Origin: Malacoraja senta
Lineage: Eukaryota
DNA: 64,000 bases
Reading direction: 5' to 3'
Assembly (NCBI GenBank): GCA_038087875.1
Contig: CM076000.1
Coordinates: 620,001 to 684,000 of the forward strand
The position numbers were made by a program, and so were the translations under genes. This document shows, piece by piece, positions 12,116 to 25,801 of this stretch. How positions within the stretch are numbered: position 1 is the stretch's first letter; each line of letters begins with the position of its first letter. The notes under the pieces are model-generated. The model did no database searches, was not told the origin of the DNA, and saw nothing but the letters and a program-made list of their open reading frames with translations.

Positions 12116-15100
12116 TTTCTCTACACAGATATGACCAAATTTGCTGAGTATTTTCAGTACATTTTATCTTTATTTCCGTTTTTAGAAAAATATTTCCTGC
12201 TCACTGTGGGAAATGTAAATCAGAAAAGGTAAATGGTCAAAAGTGATGGTAAGCGCATCTGCAACATAAACCTCACTGGTGTAATGCAGATTAGAATAAA
12301 GCAATGTGTTTTAAGGTACTCATGTTGCTGAATAGTCAGATAAATTATACATCCTTTGTCTTTGCCTGGTATGACAAATCCTATTCTCAAGTACTGTGAA
12401 TCACTTTACGGAATCCACAAAATACCTGCAATAATTTCAGGGGACTATACAGCAGTTAAACTGAAGCAAAGAAAAAATATCATAAGCACGCCAGTTTCAG
12501 TGGCATTATATGTATAATATAAGAGTTAAACACACTACGTTAGCTAAAATGGAGTTGTCAGCTAACAGCCATATGTACGCTTTTCAGCTAAATTAACAGT
12601 ACAATTTGCTTTGCAAGCAGGCTTGCTAAGAAAAACAATTAGCTGCTTGGGAAAATTCTTGGACTCACTTAGAACCAGCAAAACATTAGGCCATGTGCAA
12701 GGTCACTAATAGTAAAGATAAGATAAACTTCTACTTTCTCAGAGACATCTGAGACTAGCTTAGCATCTGATGCAACAAATGACTTGTTTTCGACTGTAAG
12801 AAGGATAGTCTGTTTTGCAACATAGTCAACTGTTGTTCTTAGATTAGGGTAGAAACACAGGTTCTCAAGTGTAAAAATGCTTGTATACCTTCACCTTGGG
12901 CCAAGCTTCTGGACCGGCGCCAGGACACACAGGTTCTTCGAAAGATACTTTGATAAGTCTCCAGTCTAAGCTATTAAACTGAGTTTCCGACAAACTTTTG
13001 GAAGTTACAGCCGTTGGGAATGAAGATATGTGAGACTTGTTAATTTGCCATTTTCTGCTGCTAATTAAATTGGAATTGATTTGTTTTTCTACTGTTGCTT
13101 TAACTGAAAATGTATTGGTTATAGTATTCTATTACCACCATCTCGTGCTTGGTTTTGTTGCTCTAATATTGTTTGTGCTTTAAATTTTATATTTTCTTTC
13201 TTCCTCCATCATTGATCCAAATCCTCAAAACCTGCAAGTATTCCATTACAATATGATACACTATTAAGCCACAAACATGACTCACATCAGCAATCAACAT
13301 TTATTAATCCAGCTTCAAAAATATTAATTGTGCATCTCTACAATTGGCATCTTAAAGCAAACATTTATTGAGATGTTATGATTATGAATGGCCAGGGTAG
13401 CAGGCACCCTTGATGATACTTCCAGATACAATGCACTATCAAAATGGATTGAATGATACCTATGTTCATCACTCTCTATTAGTGCAGGTGGTCAAGAGTA
13501 GAGGAGCTGTCATAACAAGCCGTTATGCATCTCGTCAGAATAATTTCCATAGTGCATCTGTAGAAATTTGAAAGAATCATTGTGGACATTGCAAATCTTA
13601 TCAGGTGGCTAAAAAAGTGTGCTGCTTAAAGCAGAGTACTGGAGGTACTCAGGCATGATTTGTGGAGGGAAATGGACATGATATTTTGGGTCAAAACTCC
13701 TTTTCACACTCCATTTCCCCCCACGACTTCTTGACATGCTGAATTCTTGCAGCAGTTTGTTTTTTGCTCAAAATTCCAGCATCTGCAGTCTCTAGTGTCT
13801 CCAAAGTAAACAAGCTAATGTGCTTTCTTAATCACTGCATCAGTGTGAAGGGACCAGGTTAGATTGCTGCTGACATGGATGCTCAGATCTATGAAGCTAT
13901 CGAATATCTCTAGCTAATTTATGTTAATGAGGACAGTGCTGTGTTCAACTCCAGCCCCCACCAACACGTCCTTAAGCCAACATCAAACTCTTTTGGCTTC
14001 TTGACATTAAAGGTTAGGTTGTTGGTCTACACGTTATATTATAGTGACAATGTTTATATAGGCATTTATCCATATACACATATATTTTTCCTGAAGACAG
14101 AGGATTTTTTAATATATATAATTTCTCACTATCTTGGAAATTTTCAAAATTCCACACTTGGGACCATCACCACTGGAACTGAAATAAGTAATTCTCAATT
14201 GAGAATAATGGGTCCCCATTAGAACTACTAAATATCATGAAGGGTAAAAAAATAAAGTATTGATATGCTTAAATATAAGATTGCAGAATAAAGGAATGAA
14301 TTAATAGATGAATACATATGATTTGATTTTTTTATTACAATAAGTAAACTACAAACTAAAATATAATTTAAGGAATGAGAAAAATCTTCTTGATATTTCT
14401 TGATCTGCGAAGTTTGATGGTTGGAAAATTTGGATTAAAGTCAGGCCTCTCATCTAATGGAAGATGCTTTGCAAGGAATATAGACATTAGAGTTGAAAGG
14501 TGCTGGAATCTGGAGGAAAAAACAAATTATGAGAAAAGCTCAGCAGATTAAACAGAATCTGTGGCAGCAAAGATTTGGTCATCAGGTGATGGATACAGGT
14601 CTCTTTTGACCTCTAGCCTTTGTCCATCCATCTGTCAAGCAAAACCCCCCTCACCTTTATCCATCTAACACGTGCCAGGCTTTGTCCCGTCCCCACCCAG
14701 CCTTCTCATCCTCTCCTACAATCAGTCTGAAGAAGGGCCCTGATCTGAACCATCACCTTTCTGTGCCCTCCAGAGATCCCGCCTGATCCACTGAGTTTAG
14801 TTTAGTTTATTATTGTCGCATGTACCATGATACAATGAAAAGCTTACAAAGTGCTGAAGGGACTTAGTGGGTCAAGCAGCATCACTGGAGAACAAGGATA
14901 GGTGACGTTTTGGGTCGGGACCCATCTTCAGAATCCTGGTTCTCTAGAGATGCTGCCTGACCTGCTGAGTTACTCCCGCACTTTTTGTCCTTTTGTGTAA
15001 ACCAGCATCTGCAGTTCATTGGTTCTACAATGAGAAGCGTGTTCTGCATACTACTCAATCAAATTATACTATACATACACAAGTACAATAAAACCCGTGC

Positions 15101-15549
15101 ACTCCACAGCAGCTGCTTGTTTCACTGAGTTTAGTTTAGATCACAGTTTAGTTTATTATTGTCACATGTACCAAGATACAGTGAAAAGCTTGTTCTGCAT
15201 GCTATCCAGTTAAATCATTCTATACACAAGTAAAATAGATCACGTGTAGGAAGGAATTGCAGATGCTGGTGGACATAAAATGCTGGAGTAAGTCAGCAGG
15301 TCAGGCAGCATCTCTGGAGAAAAGGAATAGGTGACGTTTCGGGTCGAGAACCAGACTGAGTCAGGGGAGAGGGAAACTGGAGATAAGAAAAGGTACAGAT
15401 CTTTCTCTGGAATAATGTTACTCCAGCACTTTGTGTTCTAAGGAATACACAATGTATTTTCTACATCGCAGTTTGTGCATTTTTTCATTATATATTACTA
15501 AGAGAGAATGCATTATTATTTTAAATGAATTGACATGCAGATAAGGATT

Positions 15550-16075
15550 GCAGTTGCTGCACCCTGTCAACATCGCCCTGCATTGTTGTCTTAAATGCTT
15601 TGCCCTGCAGTTTTAAATGCATTGCCCTGCCCTGCATTTTAAATGCATTGCCCTGTTCTGCATTGTTTTAAATGCATTGTCCCACCCTGCATTATTGTTT
15701 TAAATGCATTGCCCTGCATTATTGTTTTAAATGCATTGCCCTGCCAGCACTACCCTGCATTAATGTTTTAAATGCAGTGCCCTGCATTATTGTTTTAAAT
15801 ACATTGCCCTGCAGCATCGCCATGCCAGCACTGCCCTGCAGCATCGACATGTCCTGCATTATGGTTTGAAATGCATTGCCCTGTCAGCATCGTCCTGCCC
15901 TGCATCATTGTTTAAAAACCATTGTTGTTTTTAATGCATTGCCCTGCCAGCACTGCCCTGCATTATTGTTTTAAATGCATTGCCCTGCCAGCATTATTGT
16001 TTTTAAATGCATTGCCCTGCCAGCACTGCCCTGCATTATTGTTTTTAATGCATTGCCCTGCCAGCACCACCCTGC
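15550..16075. repeat. Degenerate minisatellite (AAATGCATTGCCCTGC/ATTATTGTTTT units) abutting the EIF5B promoter
   Basis: Many imperfect copies visible directly. Confidence 0.85.
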
Positions 16076-16109
16076 CCATCTTCCTGCTCAAGCTCCACCA
16101 TCGACCCTT

Positions 16110-16245
16110 TGAACCAACGCAACCAATCAGACTTCGGCGCCGGCAGCGCGTCCAAACACGTGCGGCGCATGCGCGGAGCCCTGCAACCACCATATGTCTG
16201 GAAGAGATTTTTAAAAAGTGACAGAGTCGGGAAACTGCGAAGGAG
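16110..16245 (+). promoter_or_regulatory. EIF5B core promoter/5'UTR
   Basis: CCAAT 16123-16127, E-box CACGTG 16157-16162, NRF1 palindrome GCGCATGCGC 16165-16174, CpG-rich, directly upstream of the ATG. Confidence 0.75.
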
Positions 16246-16280
16246 ATGGGAAAGAAGCAGAAAAACAAGAGCGAGGACAA
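16246..16280 (+). CDS. EIF5B: EIF5B exon 1
   Basis: ATG...MGKKQKNKSED; GTGAGT donor. Confidence 0.95.
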
Positions 16281-16858
16281 GTGAGTGTTGAGGTGTCAGC
16301 CGCCTTGCCCGTGCGCTGTGGGGAGAGCAGGCTGTCCTCACGGGTGGAGGAGGCATGTTAGCAACGCCGAGCGCTTAGGCCACTGCCTGGTGCTGGAGTG
16401 CGGAGCAGCCCCTGTTCCTGTTACCAGCCTGATGCAAGATCTGCGGGCCGGCTGGCGGCTGTCTGGTTGTAGTTACAGTCCCTCCCTTCTGTGGAAAGGC
16501 GAGAATTGCTGGCTCCTTTCACTCTCTCTCTCTCCCTCCCTCTACCTCTCTCCCCCCTCTCTCCATCTTTACGGATGTACAATTGGCGACATCTATCCAG
16601 TATACTGATCATTCAAGTGTAATACTGAAATCCAGTATACAACAAATCCAGTATAATACTGGTATGCTGGTATATTATATACTCTCTTTCCCGATCCCCC
16701 GCCCTCGAACCTAATCGGAGGTCACAAACCACACCATTAAATATTACTTTTGTACTCTCTTTTGGTGCCACATTGTTAATGTAATCTGCATCACAGCTAC
16801 AACTTTTTAAGATGAAAATTCTGTTAACCAGCTGCCACGGAAATAAGTTCTGTAAATA

Positions 16859-18351
16859 CAGTGCCCTCCATAATGTTTGGGACAAAGATCCATCATTTAT
16901 TTATTTACCTCTGCTCCACAATTTGAGATTTGTCATAGAAAAAAATCACATGTGGTTAAAGTGCACATTGTCAGATTTTAATAAAGGCCATTTTTATAAA
17001 TTTTGGTTTCACCATGTAGAAATTCACCATGTACTTTGTTGCATATCCTTTGCATGCAATGACTGCTTGAAGTCTGCGATTCATGGACATCACCAGTTGC
17101 TGGGTGTCTTCTCTGGTGATGCTCTGCCAGGCCTGTATTGCAGCTTATGCTGTTTTGGGGACTAGTCCCCTTCATTTTTCTCTTCAGCATATAAAAGGCA
17201 TGCTCAATTGGGTTCAGATCGGGTGATTGACTTGGCCACTCAAGAATTGACAATTTTTTAGCTTTGAAAAACTTTGTTGCTTTAGCAGTATGTTTGGGGT
17301 CATTTTCTTGCTATAGAATGAACTGCTGGCCAATGAATTTTGAGGCATTTGTTTGAACTTGAGCAGATAGGATTTGTCTATACACTTCAGAATTCATTAT
17401 GCTACTATCATCAGTAGTTCTATCATCAATGAAGATAAGTGAGCCAGTAACTTCAGCAGCCATACATGCCCAGGCCATAACACCCTCACCACTGTGTTTC
17501 ACAGATGAGGTGGTATGCTTTGGATCTTGAGCACTTCCTTCTCTCCTCCATACTTTGCTCTTGCCATCACTCTGATATAAGTTAATCTTCATCTCATCTG
17601 TCCACAAAACCTTTTTCCAGAACTGTGGTTGCTCTTTTAAGTACTTCTTGGCAAACTGTAACCTGGCCATTCTATTTTTGTGGTTGACCAGTGGTTTGCA
17701 TCTTGCAGTGTAGCCTCTGTATTTCTGTTCATGAAGTCTTCTGTGGACAGAGGTAATTGACAAATACACACCTGACTCCTGAAGAGTGTTTCTGATCTGT
17801 CGGACAGGTGTTTGGGGATTTTTCTTTATTATAGAGAGAATTCTTCTGTCATCAGCTGTGGAAGTCTTCCAAACAGTTGATTTTGGTAAGCCTAAGGTTT
17901 GGCTGATGTCTCTAACAGTTTTATTCTTGTTTCTCAGTCTCATAATGGCTTCTTTGACTTTCGTTGGCACAACTTTGGTCCTCATGTTGATAAACAGCAA
18001 TAAAAGTTTCCAAAGGTGATGGAAAGACTGGAGGAAAGACTAGGTGCTGAGAGCTCTCTTATACCTGCTCTTAAGGAGGCATTTAAACACAGCAGAGCAA
18101 TTACAAACACCTGTGAAGCCATGTGTCCCAAACATTATGGTGCCCTGAAATGGGGGGACTATGTATAAACACTGCTGTAATTTCTACATGGTGAAACCAA
18201 TATGTATAAAAATGGCCTTTAATAAAATCTGACAATGTGCACTTTAACCTCATGTGATTTTTTTTTTTTCTATTGCAAATCTCAAATTGTGGAGTACAGA
18301 GGCAAATAAATAAATGATGGGTCTTTGTCCCAAACATTATGGAGGGCACTG
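16859..18351 (-). mobile_element. Tc1-like transposon copy 2 with degraded transposase
   Basis: TA TSD, matching TIRs; ORF 17311-18000 with ARCKPL...RLQFAKKY...FWKKVLWTDE...VMAWAC and a WPSQSPDLNPIEH motif at 16978-17253. Confidence 0.93.
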
Positions 18352-19304
18352 TACTTCCCCATTTTAATTTTACCACCCATGGTTTGGAAGCTCTGAAATG
18401 AAAGTAAACCTGGTTAATGAAAGATTTCATAAGGGATGATTGTTTCTAATTACATACAATGTTTTTTTGAGGTGCGAACAAGGAATGCCAATGAAGATAG
18501 TGCATTTGATGTTAATTAATTAATTGACAAATTTAAAAGTGCGAGAGATCCAAGGGAAAATGATTTTTTTAAACAGCCCAGTGTCAAAGTCAAAATTTGT
18601 CAGGAGTCAAAACCATTTTTGTGACTGGAATTTCATTGGGCTCAATACCAGATTTCCTACTTTTTTGTGTTAAGTGGAGCCCTGGGAATACAAGTAGAAA
18701 TTGGCTTCTTGTGCCAGGTCATTGCTTGTATTTTGTTTTTTAGCTCCCTCTATCTGAAGAGCTATTGATCTGTTTTAAATATACTCAGTGATCCTCCACA
18801 GAACTCCATTTTGAGAATTCTAAAGGTAGCTACAAAATGTTGGAGTAACTCAACGGGACAGGCAGCATCTCTGGAGAGAAAGAATGGATGGCGTTTCAGG
18901 TCGAGACCCTTCTTCAGCGAAACGTCACCCATTCCTTCTCTCCAGAGATGCTGCCTGTCCTGCTGAGTTATTCCAGCATTTTGTGTCTACCTTCGATTTA
19001 AACCAGCATCTGCAGTTTTTTTCTACACAGAATGATTCCAAAGATTAGCCATCCTCTGGGTGAATATGTAAATGATTTTGACGTATTTTGACACTATAGT
19101 TGTTAAAATATTTGCTGATGGTCCGAATCTGGCAATAAGGACAGAAATTCTGGGATAAAGAATATACTACTTGACTGGTTAGCTATGCATAAAAAAGTGG
19201 CAAGTGTACATTCAATGCAGAGATTTTGAGGTAATGTTCTAGGGAGGACAAACTAGCCAAGAGAATACATGATACATATTAGGATCCCAAATCATAGAGT
19301 GCAT

Positions 19305-20632
19305 GTCAAGTCAAGTCCAGAGAGTTTATTATCATGTGTCCCAGATAGGACAGTGAAATTCTTGCTTGATGCAGCACAACAAAGTATTGGAAGCATAAAT
19401 ACAGAACAGTTCAGTGTGTCTATATAGCATAGACCATATATAGACACATAAATAAACAGATAAAGTGCAATAGGCTGTTATAGTTCAGTTTGTTTGATGG
19501 CGAGTTTAATAGCCTGATGACTGGGGAAGAAGGTGTTCCTGAACCTGGATGTACCAGATTTCAGGCTCCTGTACCTTCTACCTGATGGCAGCGGAGAGAT
19601 GAGTGTGTGGCCAGGATGGCGTGGGTCCTTGATGATGTTGGCAGCCTTTTTGAGGCAGCGACTGCGATAGATCCCTTCGATGGTGGGGAGGTCAGAGCCG
19701 ATGATGGACTGGGCAGTGGTCACAACTTTCTCTATTCTTTTCCGCACCTGGACGCTCAAGTTGCCGAACCAAACCACGATGCAACCAGTCAGGATGCTCT
19801 CTACTGTGCACCTGTAGAAGTTCGAGAGAGTCCTCTTTGACATACCGATTCTCCGTAATCTTCTCAGGAATGTGCTTTCTTTATAATTGCATCATTGTGC
19901 TGGGACCAGGAAAGATCATCTAAAATATGCACGCCCAGGAATTTGAAGTTCTTCACCCTTTCCAGCATCGTCCCGTTGATATAAACGGGATTGTGGGTCC
20001 CTATCCTACCCCTTCCAAAGTCCACAATCCATTCCTTGGTTTTGCTGGTGTTGAGAGCCAGGTTATTGTGCTGGCACCATTTGGTCAATCGGTCGATCTC
20101 ACTTCTATACTCTGACTCGTCACCATCAGTGATTCGTTCCACAATAGTGGTGTCGTCGGCGAACTTGATGATGGAGTTCGCACTATATCTGGCTACGCAG
20201 TCATGAGTATAGAGTGAGTAAAGCAGAGGGCTGAGCACGCAGCCTTGAGGTGCTCCCATGCTGATTGTTATCGAGGATGACTCATTTCCACCAATACAGA
20301 CAGGCTGTGGTCTGTGGATGAGGAAGTCGAGGATCCATTTGCAGAGGGATGCGCAGAGACCCAGATCTGAGAGCTTGGTAACCAGCTTGGAGGCGATGAT
20401 GGTATTAAATGCCGAGCTGTAGTCAACGAATAACAGCCTGACATGAGTTTTTGTTGTCCAAATGGTCCAGAGTGGAGAGCCACTGAGATCGCATCCACCG
20501 TTGATCTGTTGTGGCGGTAAGCAAACTGCAGTGGGTCGAGGTTCTTGTCGAGGTAGGAATTGATATGTGCCATAATCAACCTCTCAAAGCACTTCATCAC
20601 CACAGACGTTAGTGCCACTGGTCAATAGTCCT
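19305..20632 (-). mobile_element. Rex1/Babar-like LINE, RT and 3' region
   Basis: [42 protein letters not shown]; (CTTGA)n tail. Confidence 0.9.
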
Positions 20633-20984
20633 TGGGTCATTGAAGGTGTCAGGGCAAATAGTGGTTGAGATGGCATGCAAGAAACGTTTATTTATTGGAC
20701 GAGGCATGGGCCACAAGAGCAGGAGGGGATCATGCTAGAATTATGTAAAACATTAGTCTGGCCATCTCTCTTGTATTGCTTTTGCTTCTGGTTGCCATAA
20801 ATGCAGAATGTCAGGGCCAGAGAATTGCAGCAAGATTAGATAATGTCCAGGCTATGTATCTTTTGGAATAGGAGGCTGAAGGGATATTTGATGAGGTATA
20901 TAAAATTGAGAGACTCAGATACCGTAATTGTAAATAACTTATTTCACCTTTGCTGAGGTCAGTAAATAAGAAGCATACATAAAA

Positions 20985-21440
20985 AGCATTTTACAGGATG
21001 CATCACAGCTTCATTTGGGAACAGCTTCATTCAAGACCGCAAGAAATTGCAGCGAATTATGGACGCAACCCAGACCATCTCACAAACAACCTCCCTTCTA
21101 TTGACTCCATTTATACCTCATGCTGCCTCGGTAAGGCCAGCAGCATAATCAAGGACGTTGCACCCTGCCCTCTCCCTCCAGATTTGGAGACAGTTTCTTC
21201 CCAGCTGTTACCAGGCAACTGAATCATCCTACCACAACCAGAGAGCAGTGCTGAACTGCTATCTACCTCATTGGTGACCCTCAGACTATCCTTGATCAGA
21301 CTTTACTGGCTTTATCTTGCCCTAAACATTATTCCCTTATCATGTACCTATCCACTATAAAGGGCTCGATTGTAATCATGTTTTGTCTTTCTGCTGAATG
21401 GTTAGCATTTTATAAAAGCTTTTCACCTCGGAATAGTCTA
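20985..21440 (+). mobile_element. Degraded Rex1/L2-like LINE 3' fragment
   Basis: LPSIDSIYTSCCLGKASSIIKD and a 3'UTR-like tail. Confidence 0.6.
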
Positions 21441-22574
21441 AACTGAATAATTAGTGGAAGTATTAGATGGATGTTGAAGCAAAAGTACTTTTCATGGTGA
21501 GTGAGAATCATGTGCAGCTCTGCCTGAAAGAGTGGGATGGTAGAAACACAACACAATTTAAAATTCCAGGGCAAGCAGTTGAGGAAGCAGTTGGAATGAA
21601 TGAATGAAAAACTAAATTGCTCTGTATTTGGTTAGCATGGTCTCCTGCGTTTTATTTTAAATCTGAGTTATGGAGCAGAAATATCAGCAATGAAGTAGCG
21701 ATGTGGTTCTCAAATTTGCATTTGCTAAATTCAAGAACGGCAGCAGAAATATGCAACCTCGCTCAAAATTAAAGTTAATACAGAACAGTGTGGCACAGGA
21801 ACAGTCTCCTCCGTCTACCATGTCTGCACTGATCATGATTCCAATTTAAATAATCTTATGTGCCTGCACATGATCTATATCCCACTATTCTGTCTGTTCA
21901 TGTCTGTTTAAATGCCTTTAAAACATTGCTATTGTATCTGATTTCACCACCTCCTTGGGACAGCACATTCCAGGCAAATACTACTCTCTGTAAAAACAAA
22001 ATTTGCCTTTCAAATTTCCTTTCAACGCCCCCCCCCTCTCCCCCCTTCCCCCCCCCCCCCGCCTCCCCTGCCCCCTTCCCCTGAAATCAGTGGGGTCTAG
22101 TATTTGTCATTTCCATCCTAGAAAATGGACTGACTGAATACCCTATCTATGCTTCTCAAAATTTAAAACTTTTTTTTTTAAGCTGCTAGATAACTTACTA
22201 ACTTTTACATTAATAGAATTATGTTAAATTCATAGATTGATAAGCTGGCAGCTTGGATAGGTTGATCAAAAAACACGAATCAAGATCCCACAGTTGCAGC
22301 TGGGGAATCTAAATTTGCTTAACAAATAAGTTGGAGTAAAACACCAAGTTCAGTAATGATGGGCTATAATACTGTTCAAATTGTTGTAAAAATCCTTTCT
22401 GGATTGAAATTTGTCATCCATTTTGGCCTGGATGCAACAATAAATGTACTGTAATATGGCTGGTTGATCTGCCATCTGAGATGATCTACCAAGGTTTTCA
22501 TTTTTTTAACTTTGGAGGATGGGTACTACATGCCAAAACTGCTTCTGTCTCATAAATGGATTAAACAAATAATA

Positions 22575-24390
22575 AGAAATGAAGGCATACACTTAAGAAG
22601 GAAATTAGAAAGGCAAAAATAGGATGAGATATCCCTGGCAGATGAGGTAAAGGAGAATCCTAAAAGATTCTTGAGGTATATTAAGAACAAAATAGTAGTT
22701 CGGGAGAGAGTAGGACCCCTGAAGTGACATCAAAAGATCACTGATCTCAAATGTCCAGAGAGTTTAGTATTTTTAAATGTCGCATGGATTGGAACTCGTT
22801 TTACAGGCACATTAAACACAGGAACATAAAAATATATACAATAAAGTATCATGGCAAACCAGACACTAATAGTCCAAGCCAAAGTGTATTTTTAGTACAA
22901 AGTCCATAGTAGTTTGGTACTGAGGTATGATTGTAGTTAGGATTCTACAGGGTTGGGCAAGAATGTGATGGTTAATGGGAACAAACTGTTTTTGAACATC
23001 GAGGTAAAGATTTTCCGGCTCCTGTACCTTCTTCCCAATGGTAGCTGTGAGATGTGAGCATAGCCAGAGTGATGTGGGTCTTTAATATTTATGTAGATCC
23101 CTTTGATTGTGGACCGGTGAATACCCATGTTGACCAGGCAATGTCCACCAATGTCTGCAACCTTCTTCCTTCCTTGGAGTTCGAGTTACCAAACCAGGAT
23201 GTGATGCAACCAGTCAGTAATTAGTTATGCACTTCAATAAGGTCACCCCTCAGCCTCCTATGATCCAAAGTAAAAGGTTCCAGCCTTTCTAACCTCTCCC
23301 TATAACTCAAACCTGCAAGCCCAGGTAACATCCTGGTGAATCTTATCTGCACCCTTTTCAATTTAATGATATGCTTCCTGTAGCTGGACGACCAGAACTG
23401 CACACAGTGTTCCAAGCATGCTCTCACTAACAACATATACAGCTGCATTATGATGTGCCAACTTTTGTATTCCATATCTTTCCTAACAAAGGCAAGCATG
23501 CCAGATGCTTTCTTCACCACACGGTCCACCTGATTCAACACTTTTAGGGAATCATGCACATGCACTCCCAAGATCTCTTTGATGAGCAAAGTTCTTCAGG
23601 GCTTTACCTTTTATTATGCAAGTTCTGCTCTGGTTTGACATACCAAAATGCATTGCCTCACACTTGTCAGAGTTAACTTGCATTTGCCATTCTTTGACCC
23701 ATCTTCCCAACTGATCTAGATCCTGTTGTAAACTTAGATATCCTTTCTCACCTGCCCACCATACCACCAATTTTGGTGTCATCTGTAAATTTACTGACAA
23801 TGTTAACAATGAGACCCTGAGGCATGTCACAAGCCTCCTATCAGAAAAACAATCCTTTGACTCCTTCATCCAAGCTAATTTTGAATCTAATTGCCCAGCT
23901 GACCTTGGATTCCATGTGCTCTGACCTTCCAGACTACTTTATCAAAGGCCTTGATGAAGTCCATATAAACAATGTCCACTACCGTGCCCTCATCAATCCT
24001 CTTGATGACTTCTTCAAAAAGTTATCAGATTACACCAAAATTGGTGGTATAGTGGACTGTGAAGAGGTTGTCTGAGGTTACTAGAGAATCTGGATCAAGT
24101 GGAAAAGTGGACAGGGGAGTGGCAGATAGAATTTAACTCTGACAAGTGTGAAATGTTATATTTGGGGAAGTTAAACCAGGACAGGACATATACAGGTGAA
24201 TCACACAGTATTGGGGAGTGTTAGTGAGCAGAGAGACCTAGGGGTACAAGTAAATAGTTGCCTGAAAATGACAACACAAGTAGAAAGAGTGTGAAGAAAA
24301 TGTATAATATGGTTGTCTTTGCCTGTGGCATTGAATAAAATAGTGGGACGTCATGTTAAAGTTGAACAAAACATTGGAAGACCACACGGA
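22575..24390. mobile_element. Nested LINE debris: plus-strand CR1 pieces (22575-22725, 24025-24390) around minus-strand Rex1-like (22760-23215) and CR1 (23221-24020) fragments
   Basis: KENPKRFLRYIKNK; DYTKIGGIVD; KDPHHSGY...GRRYRS; LEHCVQFWS...RLRGDLIEV. Confidence 0.7.
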
Positions 24391-25801
24391 GTAAACTGGG
24401 AATAAAAGCACTCACAATACCAAAATACCGTGGAAACTGTAAATTTCATGAATTTGAAAGGTGTTGTGTATCAAGTTTCGTTGGGTTTGATGTGTTTTTT
24501 TTACAAGTTCATATTTTTAATTTTCCAAAACTCCACTTTAGAAAAAAAATCTTTCATCTGCACTGGCAGTTAGCAGCGTATGACCTCACAATGGGATCTC
24601 ATTTACTTAAACTGCCCATCAACAATGTTCCACCCAGTGCAATGAGAGATTTATTACATTGTTATAAGGAGAGGGAGGGAGTGGGGGAGGGGAAGTTATT
24701 TAAACATTGTGTGTAGTGGGGGAGTGGGATAGGGGAGAGGTGAGGAGTGGGGGAGCGGGAGAGGTGAGGTGTGGGGGAGCAGAGAGATAGAGGGAGAGGA
24801 GGTGGGTAGGGAGGGGAGAGGGGTTATGAAGGGAGGGAGGGTGACTGAGGGTAGGGGGAGGGAGTGAGTGGAGAGGAGGGAGAGAAGAGGGACGAAGAGG
24901 AGGGGGGTGGAGTGTTGGGGATAAAGGGAATGGAGGAGGATAGGGGTAGGAAGAGGGATGGCAAGGTGCAGTTGGGAAGGGTTGCTATGACTCGCGTCAC
25001 AACGGGAATCTCTGGCATCACAATGGAAACCCCTCAGAAGTGTAGGGGACCAGGGAGATAGAGGGAGAGGAGGGGGGTAGGGAGGGGAGAGGGATTATGG
25101 AGGGAGGGAGGGAATGACTGATGGTAGGAGAAGACTAATGCTATAGAGGGGAAAGAAGAGGGAGGGTCAAGAGGAGGGGAGGCAGTGCTGGGGTGAGGGA
25201 ATGGAGGAGGATAGGGGTAGGAAGAGGGATGGCGAGGCGCAGTTGGGGAGGATGCCGTGACTCGCGTCACAACGGAGATCTCTGGTGTCACAACAGGAAC
25301 CCATCAGCCACGCCTGTGCAGTTGGGACCTATGAGTGAGTGGTGGAATATTGCGTTTGGGGACTAGCCCTCCCGTGTGACAGGGACCCAACGGGTCCAAC
25401 TTAGTCGAGTATCTATCTCTATATTACTAAAAGTCTTATCTTGACCACTTCCTGTTCTGTATATTGATTTTAGAAAAAACGCTGCCACTTACGGCTGTGA
25501 TTTTTGGCCATCTTACTCAGAGTCCCCCTCCACTGCGCAGGCCGAGGATTTTTCCCATCGATGAAAAATAAAAGAGTTATTAGTGTTTAAAAAATGTTGA
25601 GATTATCTCTCCTGAAGGCCACGCCCCTTCCGGAGGGACTATAAAACCCGGAAGTGTTGAGTGCCTTAGTCTCTGCAAGATGGGGGAAGCGAGAGGGTCA
25701 CGTCTCTCAGTCTGAGCTGTGAATAACACTGAACACATGTCTACTAAACTGTGAGTGGTTTTACTGACCTGTCAGTGCCCTTAATGTGGTTTGAAAATAT
25801 A

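Noticed and set aside
24670..25240. G-rich tracts (also 29625-30030) as functional G-quadruplexes or Pro/Ser-rich ORFs
   Set aside because: Low-complexity Helitron interior; nothing beyond composition supports function.
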